A stretch of 32,000 nucleotides of DNA from Sinorhizobium meliloti. GTDB lineage: Bacteria > Pseudomonadota > Alphaproteobacteria > Rhizobiales > Rhizobiaceae. Location of the stretch: the NCBI RefSeq assembly GCF_017876815.1, contig NZ_JAGIOS010000004.1:150001-182000 (forward strand), written 5' to 3'. Below, piece by piece: positions 1 through 8,295 of this stretch. Each line of letters opens with the position of its first letter. The stretch's first letter is position 1. Both the position numbers and the translations under genes were made by a program. The notes beneath the pieces were generated by a model. That model was not told the DNA's origin. It did no database searches and saw nothing but the letters and a program-made list of their open reading frames with translations.

Positions 1-2
1 GA

Positions 3-584
3 TCCGGAAAGTCGACGATGATTCGATGCATCAACCGGCTCGAAGAGCATCAGAAGGGTAAAATCGTCGTCGACGGGATCGAACTCACCAACGACCTGAA
101 GAAGATCGACGAAGTGCGCCGGGAAGTCGGCATGGTCTTCCAGCACTTCAACCTCTTCCCGCATCTCACGATCCTGGAAAACTGCACACTGGCGCCGATC
201 TGGGTGCGCAAGATGCCGAAGAAGGAAGCCGAGGAAGTCGCGATGCACTTTCTGGAGCGCGTAAAGATTCCGGAGCAGGCCAAAAAATATCCGGGTCAGC
301 TTTCGGGCGGCCAGCAGCAGCGAGTCGCCATTGCCCGCTCACTTTGCATGCGACCGAAAATCCTTCTTTTCGACGAGCCGACCTCTGCACTCGACCCTGA
401 AATGGTCAAGGAAGTGCTCGACACCATGGTCAGCCTCGCCGAAGAAGGCACCATGATCTGCGTGACACATGAAATGGGCTTCGCGCGACAGGTCGCCAAC
501 CGCGTGATCTTCATGGACCAGGGCCAGATCGTCGAGCAGAACTCGCCGGCTGAGTTCTTCGACAATCCGCAGCATGAGCGGACC
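3..584 (+). pseudogene. Polar amino-acid ABC transporter ATP-binding subunit (GlnQ/HisP/OccP-like); 5' end off-window, last ~10 codons replaced by an IS256-type fragment
   Basis: Frame 3 is open from base 3 (SGKST is the end of Walker A). Signature [15 protein letters not shown], Walker [13 protein letters not shown] and H-loop VTHEMGF are present. Homology stops at [10 protein letters not shown] (about 584), where the same frame runs into transposase sequence. Confidence 0.85.
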
Positions 585-752
585 CATCTTGAAGAGCTCT
601 ACGGCATCGATGTGTCGCCGGATCTGATCTCGGCGGTGACCGATACGGTTCTGGAGGCCGTCGGAGAGTGGCAAAACCGGCCGCTCGAGCTTTGCTATCA
701 CCTCGTGTTTTTCGACGCCATCCGGGTCAAGATCAGAGACGAGGGCTTCGTA
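585..752 (+). mobile_element. 168-bp internal fragment of an IS256-family transposase gene (no IS ends)
   Basis: Encodes [56 protein letters not shown], residues 122-177 of the intact transposase at 1426-2628. It is an inverted nucleotide copy of 2098-2265 with 3 mismatches counted by eye, fused in frame to the ABC ATPase remnant. Confidence 0.9.
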
Positions 753-1388
753 TGTCGGATTTGCGACTGGTGCGCAGTCGACGAGGACGAAGCGCAACGG
801 GCGGGGACCGCCCAAACTGGTTGGCTGCATCATTGTTGAAGTGCGCCAGTGCGCGTTCAGTATGGAATCCGTCCTTCGATGGGATTGCAGCTGCCCATGC
901 GCAATCTTGTGCTGCCGCCCCGGTCATCACGAGCTGTCAGCTACGCGCGGCTTCTCTTCGGGGTAGTGGAGCCGATCGTATCAGGCTTCCTCTTGCGGAA
1001 CGCTGAGGTGATTCGCTGCGGTGGCTATTCAGCCGCGACTTGACGGGCCTTCAGGAAAGCCTGGAAACGCTCGGTCTGCTCTTCCACCGGTACGCCTTCT
1101 GCGTCCATTTGAGCCGTGAAGTCCGTGTACCGCGGATCAGGCGCAATAGCTTCTATTCGGGGGTTCGCCCGTCTCTGATCCACACGCCATTTCATATAAG
1201 CAGGTTTCTGTGACGTTAGATGGATCACTGGCCTTCTGAATTGTCGGTACACAGGCCAATCCTCGAACCCAGTTCGTCAGGCTGGATCTCGCCAGCGATG
1301 TCGTCGTCGGTGACAACAGATGCACCTGAAACGCGCGCAGTCCAAGACGGTCTGGCGATCGCCCGAATGGCGGAACTTGGTCACCGCA

Positions 1389-2686
1389 GGGACTGTCAGG
1401 AATTCTGTGCGGTGGGCCGGTTTCATCAGTTGAAGAACCGCTCGCCAAAGATGACGGCGAACTGTGTCTTTGCCTCGACCCATTCCCGCGGCGCCCGTTT
1501 CCATTGCTCGGCCGCGTTGTTAAGAACGAGATATAACAGCTTCATCGCGGCTTCGTCACCAGGGAAATGCCCGCGAGAACGCACAGCTCGCCGAAGCTTC
1601 GAGTTGAGGGCCTCTATTGCGTTCGTCGTGTAGATGATGCGGCGGACCCCTTCGGGGAAGGCGAAGAAGGGAACGACGTGTTCCCAGTTGCGCCGCCAGC
1701 TTTGAGCGATAGCGGGATATTTCTGGCCCCAGTACCCTTCCTCGAAGGCCTCCAGCGCCTTCAGGCCCGCCTCGGCATCTCGGGCGCGGTAGATGGCTCT
1801 CAACGCCGGCACAACGGTCCTTCTATCCTTATAGGATACGAACTCCAACGAGTGCCGGATCAGGTGGACGATGCAGGTCTGGACGATTGTTTGGGGAAAG
1901 ACGGCGGTGATGGCCTCGGGGAAGCCCTTCAAGCCGTCGACCACGGCGATTAGGATATCCTGGCAACCGCGGTTCTTCAGCTCGTTCATGACCCGCAGCC
2001 AGAACTTTGCCCCTTCCGTCTGCTCGATCCAGAGCCCGAGGATCTCCTTGCTGCCGTCAGCGAGCACGGCCAGGGCGATATAGACGGCTTTGTTGCGTAC
2101 GAAGCCCTCGTCTCTGATCTTGACCCGGATGGCGTCGAAAAACACGAGGGGGTAGCAAAGCTCGAGCGGCCGGTTTTGCCACTCTCCAACGGCCTCCAGA
2201 ACCGTATCGGTCACCGCCGAGATCAGATCCGGCGACACATCGATGCCGTAGAGCTCTTCAAGATGCCCCTGGATCTCGCGCACTGTCATACCACGGGCGT
2301 ACATCGAAATGATCTTATCGTCGAAATCGGGAAACCGGCGCTGATACCTGGCGATCAGCTTTGGGTCGAAGGTACCCGCCCGATCGCGCGGGATGGTCAG
2401 CGTCATCTTCGATGTGCCAGTCAAAACCGTCTTCTTGGAGGAACCGTTGCGCCTGTTGGCGGGGCCGCCCTCCAGGCGCTCGACGTCGAGATGGTCGTCA
2501 AGCTCCGCATTGAGGATGCGCTCTGAAAGCGCCTTCTTCAGATCGTCCAGCAAACCGTCCTTGCCGAAAACCTCGGATGGATCACGTCCAGCCAGGAGCT
2601 GGTCCAGAAGTTCTTTCTCGATAGCCATGTGATGATTCTCTCCTTTTCATCATCATGGCCCACCGCACAGAATTCCTGACAGTCCC
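1389..2686 (-). mobile_element. Complete IS256-family insertion sequence (ISRm3-like), 1298 bp
   Basis: Perfect 30-bp terminal inverted repeats: gggactgtcaggaattctgtgcggtgggcc at 1389-1418 and its reverse complement at 2657-2686, enclosing one 400-aa transposase ORF. The 1298 bp length and 30-bp IRs match my recollection of ISRm3. The flanking 8 bp (tcaccgca / gcctcctc) are not a target duplication. Confidence 0.9.
1426..2628 (-). CDS. IS256-family (Mutator-type) transposase, 400 aa
   Basis: Full-length ORF between the IRs. Typical IS256 family sequence is present (MAIEKELLDQLL..., [60 protein letters not shown]). Confidence 0.95.
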   Translation of the reverse strand: MAIEKELLDQLLAGRDPSEVFGKDGLLDDLKKALSERILNAELDDHLDVERLEGGPANRRNGSSKKTVLTGTSKMTLTIPRDRAGTFDPKLIARYQRRFPDFDDKIISMYARGMTVREIQGHLEELYGIDVSPDLISAVTDTVLEAVGEWQNRPLELCYPLVFFDAIRVKIRDEGFVRNKAVYIALAVLADGSKEILGLWIEQTEGAKFWLRVMNELKNRGCQDILIAVVDGLKGFPEAITAVFPQTIVQTCIVHLIRHSLEFVSYKDRRTVVPALRAIYRARDAEAGLKALEAFEEGYWGQKYPAIAQSWRRNWEHVVPFFAFPEGVRRIIYTTNAIEALNSKLRRAVRSRGHFPGDEAAMKLLYLVLNNAAEQWKRAPREWVEAKTQFAVIFGERFFN

Positions 2687-2779
2687 GCCTCCTCCGCTCA
2701 CGCTCCGGCCTATGATGCGCACCGCTTTTCGCCGTGCCTTTGGAACGATCATCGCAACCACCAAAGAGGAGTGAAAGAC

Positions 2780-3064
2780 ATGAACATCACCAACTACATC
2801 CAGTTCGACGGCGACAATCTCGACAACGCAAAGGGCGCCGGCCTCATCTCCACTGTCGACCGCGACATGGACATCAAGGTGGTGCCGTTCGCGTCCGACA
2901 ATGAAAAGGCCCCGACGCACCGCTTCTACGCCAAGTCACTGCGCGGACATGACATCTACACCCTCTCGATCCGCAAGCTTCGCTACAACGCCAATCTCGG
3001 CCGGTTCCCCCGCCAGGACGACGCCTCCCTGCAGGCGATCATCGAATGGGAACCCCGCGATTAA
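2780..3064 (+). CDS. DUF736-family protein (plasmid/ICE-associated small protein)
   Basis: AGGAG at 2767-2771, 8 nt before ATG 2780. The central segment IKVVPFASDNEKAPTHRFYA matches the remembered DUF736 core (VP..SDN.KAP.HR.Y), and the C-terminal ANL...LQAIIEW is also family-like. Confidence 0.65.
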   Translation: MNITNYIQFDGDNLDNAKGAGLISTVDRDMDIKVVPFASDNEKAPTHRFYAKSLRGHDIYTLSIRKLRYNANLGRFPRQDDASLQAIIEWEPRD

Positions 3065-3129
3065 ACCATTCACAGTGCCCGGCGAGCAGCCGGGCGCCCA
3101 CCTTCGAAAGGCCGGAGAACCCGGCAAAG

Positions 3130-3149
3130 TGCTGATATTCAGCATTTTT
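3130..3149 (+). terminator. Weak rho-independent terminator-like hairpin downstream of the DUF736 gene
   Basis: Stem tgctga, loop tat, stem tcagca, followed by ttttt. A GC-rich hairpin (gcccggc gagca gccgggc, 3077-3095) without a U-tract precedes it. Confidence 0.35.
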
Positions 3150-3183
3150 CCTGCTACGGTGGCCCGTAACTGGAGATTTGCCG

Positions 3184-3324
3184 ATGAACGTTCATTCCCG
3201 CCGTCCGGATCGTTCCCCGGAAGCTATCGAGAAGAGGCGTAAGGCCGCCGAGCAGGCGCGCGCCGCCAATATCCGGCAGGGCTACGTTCACTATCCTGCC
3301 CTCGAGGAGGCGACCGCGCGGTAG
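3184..3324 (+). CDS. Hypothetical small basic protein (46 aa)
   Basis: GGAG at 3172-3175, 8 nt before ATG 3184. Translation is MNVHSRRPDRSPEAIEKRRKAAEQARAANIRQGYVHYPALEEATAR. It is below the ORF-track cutoff and no family was recognised. Confidence 0.3.
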   Translation: MNVHSRRPDRSPEAIEKRRKAAEQARAANIRQGYVHYPALEEATAR

Positions 3325-3748
3325 TCGCCGGCGAAGGCGCAGGGTCCCAAAGCCTTCCGACATTTACTCTTTGGCGAGCCAGGAACAGACGCCGGTGAGA
3401 CTTACCAATGAGCGGCGATACGTGCTTGAGCAATGCGTGAGGAACGTCCTGCGTTCCCGCCAGGTGAGCGGCGGCAAGGCTGGCTCCGAAGCAATTAAAG
3501 CTGTACGACGTCTCTCTACGAATGTGCTCTCGACTATTAATGCGAGCTCTAGAACTGCCAGTGAGAGGACTATGCAGGCGCGGTTTGGCGGCAAATAGGA
3601 TCTCGGAGCCGGCAAAAACCGATCCTGCTCACCAATCTGACGAGAGGTAGCAACGTCGCCCGATTTCGCGTCTCCTCTGTTCCGGAGCACCGAGCGAGAT
3701 CGAAGCGGCGTATTCACGTTAACAGCTGACGGGGAAGATGAAGCCAAC

Positions 3749-4858
3749 ATGCACGATAGCACCTCCACACACGTGCCGCTATGGTCCTGGATCATTCCGC
3801 TCCTCGGTGGCGTGATTGCGGCTCTCGCACTAGCGCACCTGCTGCCCGAAGGCTCTGTCCTGATACTGCTGACGTCGGCGGCCCTGCTTGCAGGTGCTGT
3901 TTTTGCAGCGGTGCATCACGCCGAAGTTCTTGCCGAGCGGGTGGGTGAGCCTTTTGGAGCGATCCTCCTCGCTATCTGCGTGACAATCATCGAAGTGGCG
4001 GTCATCGTCTCCATAATGTTATCTGGCGCAGAGGGAAACGAAGAGGTCGCGAGAGATACGGTTTTTTCCGCGTTGATGATTGTGCTCAACGGAGTCATCG
4101 GACTTTGTCTAGTGGTTGGCGGCCGACGCCACCACGAGCAGTCGTTTCAGTTGAATGCGGCCTCGGCGGCACTGGCAGTGCTTGGCACACTCGCGACGCT
4201 GTCTCTCGTGCTGCCGAATTTCGTCATCGCGGGACAGCCCCAGCAGTTCGCTCGAATACAGCTTGCCATCATTGGACTTGTGTCGCTGGTCCTCTACGGC
4301 GTGTTTCTATACGTGCAGACGGTCCGCCATCGCGACTATTTCATGGATCACACGGGTGCCATCGATGACGGCAAGGCGCTTCCGGCCGAGCATGAACGCC
4401 CGAAGGGCAATATGCCGGTAACTGGAGGCCTGCTCGTGCTGGCCCTCGTGGCAGTCGTTTTGTTGGCCAAGCTGCTTTCTCATCCCCTCGACAGCGCAGT
4501 CGACGCGGTCGGGCTGCCACAAGCCGTGGTTGGCGTGGTCATCGCGGGTGTCGTTCTCCTGCCGGAGGGCATAGCCTCGATCAAAGCAGCATTGCTGAAC
4601 CGCCTTCAAAACAGCGTAAATCTTGTTCTCGGGTCGGCCCTTGCAAGCATAGGTATGACAGTTCCGGTGGTCGCTGCGATCTCCGTCACACTCGGGCAGA
4701 ACATTACGTTGGGGCTCCGCCCGGAGAACCTCGTAATGCTCGTCCTGACACTCTTTGTCAGCACGATCACCCTCGGCACCGGCAGAACCACCGTGCTCCA
4801 AGGTGCCGTTCACCTCTCGATATTTGTTGTTTTTCTCCTGCTTTCCGCCGTGCCCTAA
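3749..4858 (+). CDS. Cation (Ca2+)/H+ antiporter, CaCA/ChaA-type
   Basis: 369-aa polytopic membrane protein with about 10-11 hydrophobic spans in two similar halves, with acidic intramembrane segments (IIEVAVIVS, VLLPEGIASI). It resembles ChaA/CAX exchangers and, from memory, the 'putative ionic transporter y4hA' class on rhizobial sym plasmids. Confidence 0.8.
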   Translation: MHDSTSTHVPLWSWIIPLLGGVIAALALAHLLPEGSVLILLTSAALLAGAVFAAVHHAEVLAERVGEPFGAILLAICVTIIEVAVIVSIMLSGAEGNEEVARDTVFSALMIVLNGVIGLCLVVGGRRHHEQSFQLNAASAALAVLGTLATLSLVLPNFVIAGQPQQFARIQLAIIGLVSLVLYGVFLYVQTVRHRDYFMDHTGAIDDGKALPAEHERPKGNMPVTGGLLVLALVAVVLLAKLLSHPLDSAVDAVGLPQAVVGVVIAGVVLLPEGIASIKAALLNRLQNSVNLVLGSALASIGMTVPVVAAISVTLGQNITLGLRPENLVMLVLTLFVSTITLGTGRTTVLQGAVHLSIFVVFLLLSAVP

Positions 4859-5214
4859 TTCGGGCGAATCGATTGTGGCCGATTGGCCCCTCGATCGTCC
4901 CGTAGCGTCGCCAACGATGGTCTGCACGGCCTGATGCTCGGTTGTTTCCATTGGCAGGGTTAGGGCCTCCGGGCCAGTCAGCAACAGGCGGAAGGCCAAA
5001 TCAACCGCCTGAAGACAATCAAGCGTGCCCATGCCTTCGCCGGCGAGACGCGTGAGTGTGGCGACGTCGTCATCGATCAGCAACTCGGCGAGCCGGTCGA
5101 ATGGAAGGACGGCGTCGAGTCCTTCGGCGCGCCCGCAGGATCACATCCTCGCCGATTGTCACAGGACAGTTTCCTTTTACCACATGAACGTCGTTCCGAT
5201 TGGCGACTTCCTTC

Positions 5215-5468
5215 CTACCGTGATGCACGCGTATGCCAAAGCCGCAGCACGTAGATCGTCGACATTTCGTAATGGCCAACGAGAATTCGCCGAACCTCTC
5301 GTGGGTCGAATTCCTCCAGCCGTTCGCCGATGCGCGGTTGTTCGAGCAGGCGCGCAGGAGCGCTTGTCAACGATTGCACAGTGCGAGCAGCAGCTTGCCG
5401 ATTTACCGATGCCAGGAAATCATGCAGGCGCCCTAGATCGGAGACTGCCGCGTCCACTCGAGCTTCAT
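5215..5468 (-). pseudogene. ParE/RelE-family toxin, frameshifted near the 5' end
   Basis: ATG 5468 overlaps the antitoxin stop by 1 nt and reads MKLEWTRQSPI-stop. The family-like sequence AVSDLGRLHDFLASVNRQAAARTVQSL...PRIGERL...REVRRILVGHYEM..TIYVLRLWHTR continues in another frame to 5215. One missing base around 5447-5452 would restore MKLEWTRxAVSDL. Confidence 0.65.
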
Positions 5469-5728
5469 CACAGCGGCAAGGGTAGCGGCTTGTCGCTGTC
5501 AAGACTGTCGGCCCAGGCCTGAACGGCATGGTGCTCGATCACGCGGCCAGCGTCGACGTCGGCAAGCGCTTCCAGCGTCAAGCGTCGGCGCTCCTCTTCC
5601 TGATCGATCCAGGCGGTCAGCGCCTGCTTGACGATCCACCCGCGCGAGCGCTCAAGGCGGGCGGCGATCTGATCGACTTTCTCGGCGAGAGGCAGTGGCA
5701 CGTGCGCGGTCAGCACCTTGGTTTCCAT
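5468..5728 (-). CDS. Ribbon-helix-helix (CopG/ParD-like) antitoxin, 86 aa
   Basis: GGGAG lies 6 nt upstream of ATG 5728. The N-terminal METKVLTAHVPLPLAEKVDQIAARLERSRGWIVKQAL is an RHH pattern. The gene sits directly upstream of, and overlaps, the ParE-like remnant. Confidence 0.7.
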   Translation of the reverse strand: METKVLTAHVPLPLAEKVDQIAARLERSRGWIVKQALTAWIDQEEERRRLTLEALADVDAGRVIEHHAVQAWADSLDSDKPLPLPL

Positions 5729-6232
5729 GTTTGGCTCCCATCGAGTCATTGTCAATCACCATGATTAATATTGATTATTGTTGGAGCAAAATCAAGGTTG
5801 GAGGCGCCAACGTGTCGAACATGAAGTCGATCTTCTCGGAATTGAGCGCACCCTCGTCATCAACGTCGTACTCTGCGTATCGCGAGACGACGAGGCTCCG
5901 CCGTCGCCTGAGGAGACGCTTCTTGATCTCGTCGAGGTGCCCTCGCCTCGCCAGTCAGGGTCGTCTCGCCGGTCCGCGACCGACGACGGCGGCGCTCAGG
6001 GTCGGACAGCACTTCCACCTTTGGGTTGTGACCAGTCAAAAGGGGCAGACTACTCATCACACTCAAAAAGTGAGAGATCGTGTCGTGGAATTTATGGGAC
6101 CACTAGTACGGCCATATTCCCGATCGAGCTAGACGTGGTATTCTTCGGTCGCCCTTACTTTGCTAGTCACCTGGAACTAAAATTCACTACATTGTATGCT
6201 TGGCCTCTTCATTGGAGGTTGAGGCATGGCAA

Positions 6233-7137
6233 ATGCGACTGGCCGACCAACGGGCCCCATTGGTTTTGAGCGAGGCGGAGCGGGAATATCTGGAGCGACA
6301 GGTGCGCAAGCATCGTGTTGCACGCTCCCTGTCGGAGCGGTGCCGGATCATTCTTCGCTGTGGCGAGGGAGTTCCGAGCAAGGTCGTTGCGGACGAGCTC
6401 GGCCTGCATGAACATACGGTTGGCAAATGGCGACGGCGCTTCCTCAAAGACCGACTCGATGGTCTGCTCGACGAAGTTCGCCCTGGTCGGCCCCGAACCA
6501 TCGACGACGATCAGATTGCGGCTGTGATCGAGCGCACGCTGCGTTCAACGCCAAGCGATGCGACCCACATTGGTCGATCCGCTCGATGGCAGGGGCCACA
6601 GGCTTTTCGCACACGACCATCCGCCGGATATGGAACGCTTTCGGCCTGCAGCCGCATCGCACAGAGACGTTCAAGCTTTCCAGCGATCCTTTGTTCGTCG
6701 ATAAGGTCCGCGACATCGTCGGTCTTTATCTGTCACCTCCCAATCGGGCGCTGGTTCTCAGCGTGGACGAGAAGAGCCAAATCCAGGCTCTCGACCGCGA
6801 GCAGCCAGTGTTGCCGATGATGCCTGGCGTGCCGGAACGGCGCACGCATTCCTATGTCCGACACGGCACAACCACGTTGTTTGCCGCTCTGGATGTCGCC
6901 TCCGGCTTTGTCATCGGCAAATGCTACAAGCGGCACCGTGCCACCGAATTCCTGGATTTCCTCAAGCAGATCGATGCGAGCGTACCGTCCGATTTGGACG
7001 TTCATATCGTGATGGACAACTATGCGACCCACAAAACTGCATCGGTCAAAAACTGGCTGATGCGACGGCCGCGCTACCACGTGCACTTCACCCCGACCTC
7101 GGCGTCATGGATCAATCAGGTCGAACGCTGGTTTGCA
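6233..7137 (+). pseudogene. IS630-family transposase, frameshifted (~6569) and 3'-truncated at 7137
   Basis: The N-terminal HTH part MRLADQRAPLVLSEAEREYLERQ...[23 protein letters not shown] switches frame at acccacATtggtcg to [21 protein letters not shown]...[11 protein letters not shown]...[10 protein letters not shown]...[10 protein letters not shown]. About 50 codons are missing before the tail at 7927-8001. Confidence 0.85.
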
Positions 7138-7925
7138 GGCGAATGTGCGCTCCACGACCCAGCGACGCGGCAGCACCTCGAAGCCCTTGGCCTTGTCTGT
7201 TCGCTTGACGATCTGCAGCGTGAACTTTGCGACGTTGCGCAATGCGGCCCGCAGTTTCGGACCGGCATAGCCGCCGTCAGCAAAGATATGCCTGAGCCAC
7301 GGCCAGCGTCTGAGGACGGTTTTGAGCGCCGCTACGGCACCATCGCGGTCTTGAATGTCAGCACTGTGAACGACGAGCCCCACCATCAAGCCGAGCGTGT
7401 CAACAACGATATGACGCTTGCGACCTTTGATCTTCTTGCCCGCGTCATAGCCCGCGATCCCCCCGCTTTCAGTCGTTTTGACGCTCTGACTGTCGATCAC
7501 GCCTGCCGTCGGTGAGGCTTCCTTTCCTTCCAGCTCTCGCGTCTCCATAACGAGATGATAGTTGATCCGCAGCCACAAGCCAGTCGACCGCCACTCGTAG
7601 AAATAACCCTGCACGGTTGAATAAGGTGGAAAATCCTTTGGTAGCATCCGCCATTGGCAACCAGTCGACGCGATATAAAGCAGTGCGTTCAGAACCTCGC
7701 GCAATTCCGTCTTGCGCGGTCGACCGAGCCTGCGGGGCATCGGCATAAACGGAGCAATCAGCGACCACTCCCTGTCCGTCAGATCACTTGCATAACGCCC
7801 CGTCCGTCGGCCATATTGGCGACGGGTGAAATCAGTCCAGCCCATTGCGGTCTCGATCGAATCCTAAGCAAATCCGAAGGAATCACAACTGGCTGATTTC
7901 ATTCAACTCTTTTTCGGTCAGGCTC
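7138..7925 (-). mobile_element. IS5-family (IS427/IS1031-like) element fragment: left end plus 5' 236 codons of the transposase
   Basis: The transposase ORF starts at ATG 7845 (MGWTDFTRRQYGRR...YSTVQGYFYEWRSTGLW...DSQSVKTTE...[13 protein letters not shown]...FADGGYAG...[10 protein letters not shown]) and loses homology at about 7138. A putative terminal IR gagcctgaccgaaaaagagttg (minus strand) ends at about 7925. Confidence 0.75.
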
Positions 7926-8026
7926 TTACAGGTGGACGAAATCCGCAGACGACATCCTGGCCTCCGTCAAACGTTTCTGCCAGAAAGTCCAGGACTTATG
8001 ACACGAATTTCGGATTCGGATGACTA

Positions 8027-8295
8027 GGGCGTCGATTCATACACTTTGATATCCTCGCGGCGATGAGCTTTGGCGGCGAGGTAGTTTCCGGGCGCTTATC
8101 GTATCGGCTTGCGATGCCTCGGAACTGTTTGATCCTATTGAAGAAGCGCTCCACGAGGTTCCGCTGCCGATAGAACCAGGTGGCCCAGGCCTTTCGCTCG
8201 GCGGCCTTGGCCCGGATGGCATTACTGTCATAGCCCGTATCCGCCAGCAGGATATCTTCCTCGCCGAGCTCGTCCGTCAGTGCGTCAGCTGCTAA
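8027..8295 (-). pseudogene. C-terminal remnant of a second IS5-family (IS427-group-like) transposase
   Basis: Reads LLADTGYDSNAIRAKAAERKAWA..WFYRQRNLVERFFNRIKQFRGIASRYDKR, with an internal deletion and a terminal frameshift (VYESTP-stop in another frame). It is cut on the upstream side by the element that starts at about 8293. Confidence 0.7.

Larger units (their letters stand above)
6164..8026 (+). mobile_element. IS630-family element, internally disrupted by an IS5-family fragment plus a deletion
   Basis: Imperfect terminal IRs (ctagtcacctggaactaaaattc at 6163-6185 versus the reverse complement of gaatttcggattcggatgactag at 8005-8027) are each flanked by TA (6164-6165, 8025-8026). The transposase reading frame covers 6233-7137, and its last 24 codons (YRWTKSADDILASVKRFCQKVQDL-stop) resume at 7927-8001. 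Confidence 0.75.

Noticed and set aside
1025-1252. 75-aa ORF (…RIEAIAPDPRYTDFTAQMDAEGVPVEEQTERFQAFLKARQVAAE), other ORFs in 753-1388, and ORF 3371-3598.
   Set aside because: Only the C-terminal ~40 residues look protein-like and upstream frames are broken. These are probably remnants, and no family was recognised.
3639-3680. Possible metal-sensing (yybP-ykoY-like) leader upstream of the cation antiporter: GACGAGAGGUAGCAACGUCGCC...GCGUCUCCUCUG can form a hairpin and loosely recalls GGGGAGUAGCGUCG.
   Set aside because: The resemblance is partial, and I could not find the second conserved half of the motif. Only an Rfam cmscan (RF00080) could support it. It is not reported as a feature.
4860-5210. 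Protein-like translation downstream of the ParE remnant (...NDVHVVKGNCPVTIGEDVIL / RAEGLDAVLPFDRLAELLIDDDVATLTRLAGEGMGTLDCLQAVDLAFRLLLTGPEAL...).
   Set aside because: It probably is a frameshifted gene fragment, but I could not assign a family. AbrB/PIN, TrkA-C and beta-helix transferase were all considered and none was convincing.
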